Assembly: GCA_965199855.1 (NCBI GenBank)
Contig: OZ241326.1
Span: 672,001-736,000 of the forward strand
Source: a bacterium
Lineage (GTDB): Bacteria; UBA8248
Direction of reading: 5' to 3'
Length of the DNA: 64,000 bases
A program made the translations under genes and the position numbers. This document shows positions 7,886 to 16,977 of the stretch, piece after piece. The stretch's first letter is position 1. Each line of letters starts with the position of its first letter. The notes under the pieces were generated by a model. It was not told the origin of the DNA and ran no database searches. It saw only the letters and a program-made list of their open reading frames with translations.

Positions 7886-8503
7886 TTGCCAGTGAGAAAA
7901 ACCGTGGATGAGATTGCTCTGATCAACGAAGAGCTGGCGGCGATGAGGGATTTCTTTGTCAGGGTCGCGCGAATAATCCCGAGCTTCAACATCACGAACC
8001 CCCGCATATTGCCCTACGGGCTCAAGCCGCACACCCGCTCCGTGAGCTGGATAGCCGAGCAAGTCATCGTGCAGCAGGCGAAGTTCAACCGCAGCCGTCT
8101 CGGCGTTGGCGATGTCGATTTCAGCATGCCCGATACCAGCTTGCATGATTGCGTGGTTACAGAAAGCGAGACCAGGAGATACTATGTCAACGTCAAGCTT
8201 ACCAATTCGGCGACAAGGGAAAACAAAAACGATATTGCGGCGGTTGAGAAGTTGTTCATGCAGTATAAGGCGAATGCGGATTACCGTCTGATTTATGTGG
8301 TTTTCGCCCTCTTTTTCAACAACACGGAAATTTCATTCGTGAAAGAAAGCATCCATGCGTTTTCGCCGCAATTTTTGCCGGTCTACGTAAATCCGAGGAA
8401 CGACAAGATTCAGGCTTATTATCACGCTTCCCCGGAAGAGCGGACGCGGGAGGAATTTCTAAGGCTCCTGCAAAGCAACTCAACGAGCATCGTATTGCAA
8501 TGA
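7886..8503 (+). CDS. Putative type II restriction endonuclease (start 7886 TTG or 7892 GTG)
   Basis: Lower GC; D...YVNVK pattern resembling a PD-(D/E)xK variant; ATGA overlap with a DNA methyltransferase. Confidence 0.55.
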   Translation: MPVRKTVDEIALINEELAAMRDFFVRVARIIPSFNITNPRILPYGLKPHTRSVSWIAEQVIVQQAKFNRSRLGVGDVDFSMPDTSLHDCVVTESETRRYYVNVKLTNSATRENKNDIAAVEKLFMQYKANADYRLIYVVFALFFNNTEISFVKESIHAFSPQFLPVYVNPRNDKIQAYYHASPEERTREEFLRLLQSNSTSIVLQ

Positions 8504-9336
8504 ATTACAGACTGTTCAACGAGGATTTTTTGTCGGGCGTCGAGCGCGTTGATGACGATTCCGTAGATCTGGTGGTTGCCGATCCGCCCTATTGCCTCGG
8601 GAAGGATTACGGCAATGACTCGGACAGGATGCGGCCGGAGGATTTTATCAAGTGGACGCGGGAATGGGCCGAGGCCGTCATCCCGAAACTGAGAAATACG
8701 GGCAGTTTGTATCTCTTTACGACCTGGCGGTTTTCTCCGGAGATATTTTCATTTATGAAGACTCGCTTGATGATGCTGAATGAAATTATCTGGGATCGCA
8801 AGGTGCCGAGCATGGGAGGATCGACGCGCCGATTCTCATCCGTTCACGACACCATCGGATTTTTCGCCAAATCGAACAAATACTATTTCGACATAGACGC
8901 GGTGCGAATCCCGTATGACGAAGAAACAAAGAAAGCCCGCACGCGGTCCATCTTCGTGGGCAAGAAGTGGCTGGAAGTCGGCTATAACCCCAAAGACGTC
9001 TGGAGCGTGTCGAGGCTTCACAGTCAGCACAGGGAGAGGGAAAATCATCCTACCCAGAAGCCGCTGGAGATAGTGGAGAGAATGGTGAAGGCGAGTTGTC
9101 CTGACGGGGGCGTTGTTTTGGACCCGTTCGCCGGCTCGGGAACGACCATAGAAGCCAGCCTCAAGCATGGCCGACGCTGCCTCGCGTTTGAGGTCAACGC
9201 GGATTACTGCCGTCTGATCCGGGAGCGCATCGAGCGTCATTCGGACGATGAGAGAACCTTGTGGGATGCCCGGTGGGAAACGGGCGAAAGCGAATCGGCA
9301 TTGCGGCTGAAGAGAAAATCAGGCGAAGCGGTTTAG
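8500..9336 (+). CDS. Beta-class N6-adenine/N4-cytosine DNA methyltransferase
   Basis: DPPY catalytic motif N-terminal; HPTQKP; VLDPFAGSGTT SAM-binding motif C-terminal. Confidence 0.93.
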   Translation: MNYRLFNEDFLSGVERVDDDSVDLVVADPPYCLGKDYGNDSDRMRPEDFIKWTREWAEAVIPKLRNTGSLYLFTTWRFSPEIFSFMKTRLMMLNEIIWDRKVPSMGGSTRRFSSVHDTIGFFAKSNKYYFDIDAVRIPYDEETKKARTRSIFVGKKWLEVGYNPKDVWSVSRLHSQHRERENHPTQKPLEIVERMVKASCPDGGVVLDPFAGSGTTIEASLKHGRRCLAFEVNADYCRLIRERIERHSDDERTLWDARWETGESESALRLKRKSGEAV

Positions 9337-9442
9337 GGAGAGTTTTATGGTCTCGCGCCCGGCCCTTTCCTGGCGAGAGCTCCCCGGGCGGAGAGGCGCG
9401 CTTCGCTGACGCTCACCCATCACCCTGCGCATGGAGACGCCC

Positions 9443-10609
9443 ATGGCTGAAGAAAAACCCCGCCAGTTCGTTGGCAGCGTGGAGTTCAAGAAGGGGCTCG
9501 AGGGGGCCATCACGAACGAGAGCGCCATCAGCTACGTGGACGGCGCGAACGGCAAGCTCATCTACCGGGGCTACAGCATCGACGACCTGTGCGCCGGCGG
9601 CGGGGGCTACGAGGAGACGGCCTACCTGCTCCTCTACGGAAAGCTGCCGAACCGGGGCGAGCTCGACGCCTTCAGCGCGGATCTGGCCTCGCGCCGGGGC
9701 GTCCCCGGGGAGGTGAAGGACCTGATCGGGCGAATCGCCCGCAGGTGCCACCCCATGAGCGCGCTGCGCACCGCCGTCTCCATGCTGGGCTGCCTGAACC
9801 CGAAGGAATTCGAGGTGACGGTGGAGAACGACTTCGACCTCGCCCTCACGCTGACGGCGCAGTTTCCCACCCTGGTGGCGGCCATCCAGAGGGCGCGGAG
9901 GGAGCGGCCCATCCTGGAGCCGGACGCCTCCCGGGGATTGTCCGAGGACTTTCTGCGGATGATGACGGGCGAGGCGCCCGACGCGCGCACGGCGGAGGTG
10001 ATGGACATGGCGCTCATCATCCACGCCGAGCACGGCATGAACGCCTCCACCTTCTCCGCCATGGTGACGAACAGCTCGCTCACGGACTTCTACAGCTCCA
10101 TCGTCGCCGGCGTCGGCTCGCTCAAGGGCCCCCTGCACGGCGGGGCGAACGAGGCCACCCTGCGCACCTTCACGGAGATCGGCGACCCCGCCACGACGGA
10201 GGCGTGGTTCCGGGAGGCGAAGGCGCGGAAGGTGAAGCTCATGGGCTTCGGCCACCGCGTCTATAAGGCCTACGACCCCCGCGCGCGGCTGTTCGACCCC
10301 ATCGCCCGGGAGTTCGCCGAGCGCGCCGGCGCGGGCCACCTCTACGAGATCGCCAAGAAGCTCGAGGCGCTGGTGGTGGCGGACCTGGGCGGCAAGGGCA
10401 TCTTCCCCAACGTGGATTTCTTCTCGGGCATCATCTACCACGCGATGGGCATCGACACGGACATGTTCACGCCCATCTTCGCCGTGCCGCGCATCGCCGG
10501 CTGGTCGGCGCGCATCCTCGAATACCTGCCGGAAAACCGCCTCTTCCGGCCCCGCGCGGTCTACGTCGGCGACCTGGAGTCGCAATACCAGCCGATTGAC
10601 GAGCGCTAG
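9443..10609 (+). CDS. gltA: Citrate synthase (short, type I / 2-methylcitrate synthase family)
   Basis: KGLEG, YRGY, HAEHGMNAST, GPLHGGANE, MGFGHRVYK, PNVDF. Confidence 0.9.
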   Translation: MAEEKPRQFVGSVEFKKGLEGAITNESAISYVDGANGKLIYRGYSIDDLCAGGGGYEETAYLLLYGKLPNRGELDAFSADLASRRGVPGEVKDLIGRIARRCHPMSALRTAVSMLGCLNPKEFEVTVENDFDLALTLTAQFPTLVAAIQRARRERPILEPDASRGLSEDFLRMMTGEAPDARTAEVMDMALIIHAEHGMNASTFSAMVTNSSLTDFYSSIVAGVGSLKGPLHGGANEATLRTFTEIGDPATTEAWFREAKARKVKLMGFGHRVYKAYDPRARLFDPIAREFAERAGAGHLYEIAKKLEALVVADLGGKGIFPNVDFFSGIIYHAMGIDTDMFTPIFAVPRIAGWSARILEYLPENRLFRPRAVYVGDLESQYQPIDER

Positions 10610-10736
10610 CGCGCGGCGCGGCGCGAGACGAAAAGCGGCTCCCGCGCGGGGGGATTCTCATGTTGTCCATGAGAAGTGATGCGATTTTCTTGCGCGCTGA
10701 AACATCACGACACCATAATTATGGGTAAGGAGGAGT

Positions 10737-11063
10737 TTGAAATTGAAGAAGAAAATAATCGCAATCATTGCCAAGATAAAAGAGCATGGCGGTCTCTGGG
10801 CGTTCGGGGTGTTTCTTTTGGGCGCCGTGGGTGGAATTTACGCTTGGACGAACTTCATCGTTTACGCCCAGATCGCTCCCGTAAATGTAAAGGTTTCTGA
10901 ATCAATAAAAAGACTCGACGCGGCGGAGCAAAACACGAACGGCAAAATACAGAATTTCGCAAAGCATTTCGACAAGCGCTTTGACGAGTTAAGAGAAGAT
11001 GTAAGGAGCAACGGGAAGAAAATAGACGTCATTTTGTTGAAACTTTCAACGCTGCAAAAGTAA
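10737..11063 (+). CDS. Low-GC hypothetical protein, one TM helix plus a coiled coil
   Basis: AGGAGG RBS, TTG start; TM helix GLWAFGVFLLGAVGGIYAW; heptad-like tail. Confidence 0.6.
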   Translation: MKLKKKIIAIIAKIKEHGGLWAFGVFLLGAVGGIYAWTNFIVYAQIAPVNVKVSESIKRLDAAEQNTNGKIQNFAKHFDKRFDELREDVRSNGKKIDVILLKLSTLQK

Positions 11064-11166
11064 GAGTTCGCGTAGTTAAAGATATGATTTCTCTTTTTCG
11101 TAAAGGAGGGCAATAGGATCGCTCGCATGAAAGAATCGAAAAAAGCACATCAACGTATCTGACGGG

Positions 11167-11868
11167 ATGTTGGTCGTGGGCTATTATCTGGCCCGTTGCG
11201 GCGTCCGTGCGCCCGATAAAAAATACTCAGCTCCGCCAGCGGCGTTGAAGGTTAAAACATGGACGGATGCTTTCGATCGCTTCTATGAAGTTTTGAGTGA
11301 TGGACGTTCCGAATTACAGTTCCGCAACAGCCTCCTCGGCGTGCGCGCTTTCTTCGACCATTTGTTCCCGAATGGTCGTGAGGGGTTCGGAAGCGAGGAA
11401 GCTTTGTCTGAAGATGCCAAAGATATTCATGAGAAATGGAAGGGCAAATCCCGCAGTGAACTGGAAACTCGCGTTCTGGACTTGCTGGGCGGCGCGCGCC
11501 GCCTTTACGATGTTCCTCCACTGGAAGCGCGAACGGAGGGCGGCGAGAAGGTATTCACTTCCATCCGGCGGGAGCGTGATCCCGATCTAAGAAAAAAGGC
11601 GCTGAAAATTCACGGCTATGACTGCATGGCCTGCGGCTTCAACTTCGAGGAGCGCTACGGTTCTCTCGGAGAGAAATTCCTCGAGGTCCATCATGCCGTC
11701 CCTCTCGCCGAAGCCGGAGAAAGATGGACCAACCCTGAAACGGACCTCGTGGTCTTGTGCTCCAACTGCCACAGGATGGTCCACCACCAAAGGGGCGTCT
11801 GCCAGTCCGTGGATGAACTGAAAAAGCATATCAAGCGCCGGGGACGCCGGGCGGATCGCGCGGCCTGA
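11167..11868 (+). CDS. HNH endonuclease, McrA-like (possible type IV restriction enzyme)
   Basis: EGGEK...RERDPDLRKKALKIHGYDCMACGFNF...EVHHAVPL...DLVVLCSNCHRMVH. Confidence 0.85.
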   Translation: MLVVGYYLARCGVRAPDKKYSAPPAALKVKTWTDAFDRFYEVLSDGRSELQFRNSLLGVRAFFDHLFPNGREGFGSEEALSEDAKDIHEKWKGKSRSELETRVLDLLGGARRLYDVPPLEARTEGGEKVFTSIRRERDPDLRKKALKIHGYDCMACGFNFEERYGSLGEKFLEVHHAVPLAEAGERWTNPETDLVVLCSNCHRMVHHQRGVCQSVDELKKHIKRRGRRADRAA

Positions 11869-12288
11869 TCAGTCCTCCCCCTCGGCGAACTCCTCGAAGG
11901 TGTGGAACAGGCCGTCCAGCACGCGCGCGGCCTGCTCCTCGAGGCCCGGCCGGTCGAGGGGCAGGTCGATGGCGTAGCGGAAGGCGCCGTCGTGGTAGTG
12001 CTCCACCTTGTGCTCCTCCTCCTCGCCCGCCTCCTCCATGCCGTCATAGACGAAGTCGTCGATGGGGTCCTTGCTGTCCAGGATGGCGTGCTCGATGTCC
12101 TCGTTCACGTAGCGGTCGCGGGTGGCGAAGCTGACGCGGAGCCTGCCCTCCGCCTCGTCCTTCTCGAACTCGAACCAGCAGACCTCGCTCACGCCCAGCC
12201 GCAGGGCGCGGCCGGAAGGATCGGGGGCGGGCGTGAAGCGGTCGTCCGCCGCGTAGCGCTTGATCATGCCCGTAATGATGTCCGCCAA
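11869..12288 (-). CDS. Acidic hypothetical protein
   Basis: 139 aa with host-like codon usage; no motif recognised. Confidence 0.7.
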   Translation of the reverse strand: MADIITGMIKRYAADDRFTPAPDPSGRALRLGVSEVCWFEFEKDEAEGRLRVSFATRDRYVNEDIEHAILDSKDPIDDFVYDGMEEAGEEEEHKVEHYHDGAFRYAIDLPLDRPGLEEQAARVLDGLFHTFEEFAEGED

Positions 12289-12504
12289 GCCGGAAGCCTC
12301 CGCGCGGGGGGTGGTCGTGCAATCGGGGAGGCGGGCGCCGCCTCCGCTCGCCAGGCAATATAGCGCAGAACGCGCCCCCCGCCAAGAGAAGCCGCGCCCG
12401 GATTCCGCGCGGCCTCCCGGCCGCTTTTCCCGCCCTGGGGCGGCGCGTTTCCCGACGGGGCCGGGAGGCGGGCGGCCCGAACGCCGCCGCCCGCCTCCGG
12501 GCGC

Positions 12505-13479
12505 CTATTTCGTCATGTCCTTGATGAGCTGGGTGTAGCCGTCGTAGTTCGGCTTGCGGGTCTTCTCGTAGTCCGCCCCGCCCATGAACTGCACGCCCTC
12601 GCCGATGCTGCGCATGAAGCGCTTGAAGGACTTGTTCTTCGTGAGCTTCACGAAGGCGGCGCGCAGCGCCGCCAGCCTCTCGGCCGGGATTTTCGAGGGC
12701 GCCATGAAGATGCGGTCCATCCGGAAGCTCACGCCCCCGTAGCCGAGCTCCTCCGTGGTGGGGACGTCCCTGAAGTCCTTGTCGTTCGAGAGGCGCCTGT
12801 CGCCCGTGAGCGCGAGGACGGTGATTTTCCCCGCCCGCTTGTGGGGGCGCAGCTGGGTCGGGAAGCCGATGCCCACGTCGTCCTGCCCCGAGAGGACGGC
12901 GCGCAGGGCGGGGCCGCCGCCCTTGTGGGGGATGAAGTTGACCTTGACGCCCGCCGCGCGCACGAACTGCATGGAGGGCACGTGCCCCGCGCCCCAGACG
13001 CCGCTGTGGCCCCAGTTGACCTTGCCGGGGTTCTTCTTCGCGTAGGCGACGAACTCCTTCATGGACTTCCACGGCCTGTTCGAGAGCGAGAAGAACATGG
13101 GCTGCGCGTGGTTGATCTTGGCGATGGCCGAGAAGTCGCGCAGGGTGTCGAAGGGCACCTTGCGCGTCTGCGGCACGAGCTGGTCGAAGCCGTTGTGGCT
13201 GAAGAGGATGGTGTAGCCGTCCGGCTTGGCCTTGGCCGCGAAGCCCGTGCCCTTCATGCCCGCCCCGCCCGGCACGAGCTTCACGACCATGGGCTGGCCG
13301 AGGATGTCGGCGATGATGCTGGTGATGCCGCGCGCGTGGAGGTCGTGGCTGCCGCCGGCGCCCACGGGCAGGACGAGCGTGATGGGGCGGTCCGGGTAGG
13401 CCGCGGAGCCCGCGCCGGGCGCCGCCGGGACGGCGAGCAGGGCCGCCGCGCCCAGGATGAGGAGGAAGCGCTTTTTCAT
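12505..13479 (-). CDS. tctC: Tripartite tricarboxylate transporter substrate-binding protein (Bug/TctC)
   Basis: Signal peptide; YPDRPITLVLPVGAGGSHD, PGGAG, KPDGYTI, PHKGGGPA. Confidence 0.9.
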   Translation of the reverse strand: MKKRFLLILGAAALLAVPAAPGAGSAAYPDRPITLVLPVGAGGSHDLHARGITSIIADILGQPMVVKLVPGGAGMKGTGFAAKAKPDGYTILFSHNGFDQLVPQTRKVPFDTLRDFSAIAKINHAQPMFFSLSNRPWKSMKEFVAYAKKNPGKVNWGHSGVWGAGHVPSMQFVRAAGVKVNFIPHKGGGPALRAVLSGQDDVGIGFPTQLRPHKRAGKITVLALTGDRRLSNDKDFRDVPTTEELGYGGVSFRMDRIFMAPSKIPAERLAALRAAFVKLTKNKSFKRFMRSIGEGVQFMGGADYEKTRKPNYDGYTQLIKDMTK

Positions 13480-13507
13480 GGTGCATCTCCCTTGATGAAG
13501 GCGCCCT

Positions 13508-15010
13508 TCAGGCGGCGGGCCCCGAAGCCCGCCGCCATGCGGGGCGAAGAACGAGAAAGGCGACCCAGACGATCGCCGCCGCGAGAAAGGCGGAGGCGAT
13601 CGGCCTTTCCAGGAACAGGTAGGAGAAGGGCGCGCCCTTCGCGTAGAGCATGGACTGGCTCAGGCGGTATTCTATCGGCTCGGCGAGCACGAAGGCGATG
13701 ATGAGGGGCGCCAGGTCGAACCCGAACTTCCTCAGGCCGTAGGCGCACACGCCGATGACGACCATGAGGATCACGTCCGCGTTCGAGCCCGTCGAGAGCG
13801 CGCCCACGAAGGCGAGCGCCACGATGACGGGGATGAGGTGCGCCTTCTTCAGCTGGATGGCGCGGGCGAAGGGCTTGAGCAGGACGTAGCCCAGGAAGAA
13901 GAACAGCACGTTGGCCAGCACCATGGTGAGGATGAGGGCGTACATGAGCGCGCCCTGCTCCTGGAATATCTGGGGGCCGGGGCGCATCCCGTGCGCCACG
14001 AACGCGCCCAGGAGGATGGCCGTCACGTTGTCGCCCGGAATGCCCAGGGTCAGCAGGGGAACCAGCGTGGGGCCGTTGACGGCGTTGTTCGCCGCCTCGG
14101 GCGCGGCGACCCCGTCGAGCTCCCCCCTGCCGAATCTCTCCGGGTTCTTCGAGGCGCGCTTCGCCGCGCTGTAGCCGATGAAGGCGGCCACCACCTGCCC
14201 CACCCCCGGCACCATGCCGATGCCCGTCCCGATGGCGGTGGAGCGCAGGATGCTGCGAATCGACGCCCGGAACTCGCGCCAGCGCAGGCGCCCGCCCGCC
14301 CTGGCGAGGTCCACGCGCTCGCTGATGAAGCGCGCCGTCCGGGACTCCACGGCTTCGAGCACCTCGGGCATGGCGAAGACGCCGATGGCCAGCGGGATGA
14401 GGGGGATGCCCGCGCTGAGCGCCTCGAGGCCGAAGGTCATCCGCGTGGCGCCCGTGGTGGCGTCCGTGCCGATGAAGCCCAGCCCCATGCCGATGCAGGC
14501 GGCGATGGCGCCCTTGAGGCCCGAGTCGCTCGACACGCTGGCGATGAGCACCAGCGAGAAGATGATGACGGCGAACACCTCCGGCGGGCCGATGAGCAGG
14601 GTGATGACGGCGATGGGGCCGATGAGCGCCAGGGTGAAGACGTCCGAGAGCGTGTCGGCGATGGTGGAGGAGAACAGGGCCATCTCCAGCGCCTTGCGCC
14701 CCTCGCCCTTGCGGGTGAGGGCGGGGCCGTCGAAGGTCGTGGCGATGGAGGCGCCCGTGCCCGGAATGCCGACCAGAATGGCCGGGATGCTGCCCCCGTA
14801 TATCCCCCCCTTGTAGATGCCGATCAGGAAGGGGATGCCGAGCATGGGCTCGAGCTTGAAGGAGATGGGCAGGAGCACCGACATGGCGAGGATGGTGGTG
14901 AGGCCCGGCATCGCGCCCACGAACATGCCGATGGCCAGCCCCGCGCCGATGTAGAGGAAGGTGTCTATCCGCATGAGGAGCGCGAAGGCCTGGAAGAAGG
15001 AATCGAGCAA
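13508..15010 (-). CDS. tctA: Tripartite tricarboxylate transporter large permease
   Basis: GAMPGL, YGGSIPAILVGIPGT, APEAANNA, PLLTLGIPG. Confidence 0.93.
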   Translation of the reverse strand: MLDSFFQAFALLMRIDTFLYIGAGLAIGMFVGAMPGLTTILAMSVLLPISFKLEPMLGIPFLIGIYKGGIYGGSIPAILVGIPGTGASIATTFDGPALTRKGEGRKALEMALFSSTIADTLSDVFTLALIGPIAVITLLIGPPEVFAVIIFSLVLIASVSSDSGLKGAIAACIGMGLGFIGTDATTGATRMTFGLEALSAGIPLIPLAIGVFAMPEVLEAVESRTARFISERVDLARAGGRLRWREFRASIRSILRSTAIGTGIGMVPGVGQVVAAFIGYSAAKRASKNPERFGRGELDGVAAPEAANNAVNGPTLVPLLTLGIPGDNVTAILLGAFVAHGMRPGPQIFQEQGALMYALILTMVLANVLFFFLGYVLLKPFARAIQLKKAHLIPVIVALAFVGALSTGSNADVILMVVIGVCAYGLRKFGFDLAPLIIAFVLAEPIEYRLSQSMLYAKGAPFSYLFLERPIASAFLAAAIVWVAFLVLRPAWRRASGPAA

Positions 15011-15025
15011 GTCCCCGCGCCTCCC

Positions 15026-15622
15026 CTAGATTCCCGGAAAAGCGCCGGAGAGGAACTTCATGATCGCGTCCTCGACGGAGGCGATGGCCTCGAATTCGCT
15101 CCTCGGCAGCGAGATGAGCAACAGCCTCTCGAAGACGAAGCGGACGACGACGGGGATGAGGACGGCGAGGGGGAGGAGGGCGCGCAGGCGGCGAACCCCC
15201 AGAAGGCGCGCGGAGGCGGCGGCCATGAGCAGGGTGGAGAGGCCGTAGCCGAGGGGGGAGACGAGGGCGGCGTAGGCGGCGGCGATGAGGATCATCCTCG
15301 CCCCGCGCGGGATTCCCGCGGTCTCCGGCGCGCCGGCGGCGGGGGGGGCGCGGCGCGCCTCCCGCCGGGCGGCGAGCAGATGGCACAGGCTGAGGGCGGC
15401 GAGAAGGGCGAAGGCGAGCCGCGGGAAGAACACGGGCGAAAGCGTGATGAAGCTCTGCGCGGAGGCGATGCCGCCGGAGGCGATGAGGGACGGCATGAAG
15501 AGCGAAAGCCCCGCCGAGACGAGCGCCATCGAGGCGGCGAGCCAGACTTCCAGCCGCGCGAGCGCGGCGTCCGGCGCGCTCGCCGCTTCGCGGCCGGAGG
15601 CTGCTCCGTCGTCGGAGGACAT
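15026..15622 (-). CDS. tctB: Tripartite tricarboxylate transporter small permease
   Basis: About four TM helices, SPVFFPR, LGYGLST, FERLLLISLP; position upstream of tctA. Confidence 0.8.
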   Translation of the reverse strand: MSSDDGAASGREAASAPDAALARLEVWLAASMALVSAGLSLFMPSLIASGGIASAQSFITLSPVFFPRLAFALLAALSLCHLLAARREARRAPPAAGAPETAGIPRGARMILIAAAYAALVSPLGYGLSTLLMAAASARLLGVRRLRALLPLAVLIPVVVRFVFERLLLISLPRSEFEAIASVEDAIMKFLSGAFPGI

Positions 15623-15793
15623 GGGCGGTCGCTCCCTGGCGAGAGATTCGCTTCGGCGTCCCCGCTCCCGAAGCTTTCCCGGCCGCTCGATGAAGTGGCG
15701 CGCTCCCGAAGGTTCGCGTATTATTCCCCAATCGCCCGGCGAGAGCAAACTTTCACCCCGCCCCCCGGGGCGGACGCGCGGGGAGAGCAGGCC

Positions 15794-16177
15794 ATGAAGA
15801 TCATCAATTCCATGAGCGTGGAGAAGGACGACGCCTACGAGCCTCCCTATTCCATCATGTGGGGGGTGAACGACGAGACGACGGACACGAGGGTGATGAC
15901 CATGCAGCGCACCATCATCCCGCCGGGCGGGAGGAACAGGATGCACACCCATGCGTGCGACGCGGTGTTCTACGTGAACAAGGGGCCGATTTACGTGTTC
16001 TGCGGCGACCCGAAGAATCCCGAAAGGCATCTCGTCGAGGCGGGGCACTTCTGCTACGCGCCGGCGGGCGAGCCGCACGGCCAGGAGAACCCGAGCCGGA
16101 CGGAGCCCGCCGAGCTCATCGCCACCTACGGAAACTGCTCCCACCAGGACAAGGCGGGCACGGTCTTCGTGGAGTAG
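15794..16177 (+). CDS. Cupin domain protein
   Basis: IPPGG...HTHACD...G...PAGEPHGQEN; GGAGAG RBS. Confidence 0.85.
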   Translation: MKIINSMSVEKDDAYEPPYSIMWGVNDETTDTRVMTMQRTIIPPGGRNRMHTHACDAVFYVNKGPIYVFCGDPKNPERHLVEAGHFCYAPAGEPHGQENPSRTEPAELIATYGNCSHQDKAGTVFVE

Positions 16178-16208
16178 CGGCGGCTCCGCAGTCGCAGGGA
16201 GGCGGGCG

Positions 16209-16949
16209 ATGGACAGGGGAATCTGGGCGTCCTGGTATGATCTGCCCGAGGACGGCAGGGAAGCCTACTGCGCGTGGCTGCACGGGGAGCATCTGCCGGC
16301 GATGCTCGCGCGGCCGGGCCTTCTGTGGGCGGCGCACTACGAGCTCGCCGGCGGCGGCGCGCGAATGGAGCAGGTGAAGGCGGACGCGCTCTCCTACGCG
16401 AAGGAGGGGGAGGTTCCCTCGGGCACCCAGTTCGTCCTTCTCTTCGGCGCGCCCTCTCCCCACGTGTTCTTTCAGCCCGACGTGGACGGGATCGAGGGCG
16501 GGCGGACGGCCGGGGCGCGCGCCATGCTGGGGCTTCGCGCCGGGCTCCGCGTCTGCGTGTTCAGCGAGGAGGCGCGCGTGGAGGGCCCCGACGCGGGCGC
16601 GAGGGGCCCCGGCATCACGCCCGGCCCCGCGATTCAGATGGGCCAGTTCCGCGCCGAGGACGCCGCGGCCGAGCGCGAGCTGGGCGCGTGGTACGCGCAG
16701 TATCGCCTCAGGTTCATGGAGGGGATGCCGGGCTGCGTCGGCGCGAGGAAGCTGCTCTCGGCGGCCGGCTGGGCCAAGCATTCGATTCTCTACGAGTTCA
16801 CCTCGCTCGAGGCGAGGCATGAGGGGTTTCAGGAGCACGAGAGCCTCTCGCTGGACGCGAGCCAGTGGTCGGGCCGCGTGGTGCGGAAGCTCATTCACGC
16901 CCCCGGCAGCCCGAGCGTGGGACGCCGCCTGTGGCCTCCGGCGCAGTGA
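16209..16949 (+). CDS. DUF4286/EthD-like hypothetical protein
   Basis: WYDLP...WLHGEHLP...RPG and a second WY...MPG...R repeat; GGAGG RBS. Confidence 0.7.
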   Translation: MDRGIWASWYDLPEDGREAYCAWLHGEHLPAMLARPGLLWAAHYELAGGGARMEQVKADALSYAKEGEVPSGTQFVLLFGAPSPHVFFQPDVDGIEGGRTAGARAMLGLRAGLRVCVFSEEARVEGPDAGARGPGITPGPAIQMGQFRAEDAAAERELGAWYAQYRLRFMEGMPGCVGARKLLSAAGWAKHSILYEFTSLEARHEGFQEHESLSLDASQWSGRVVRKLIHAPGSPSVGRRLWPPAQ

Positions 16950-16977
16950 GGCCGCCCGGACGAGGGAGGAGATTCGC

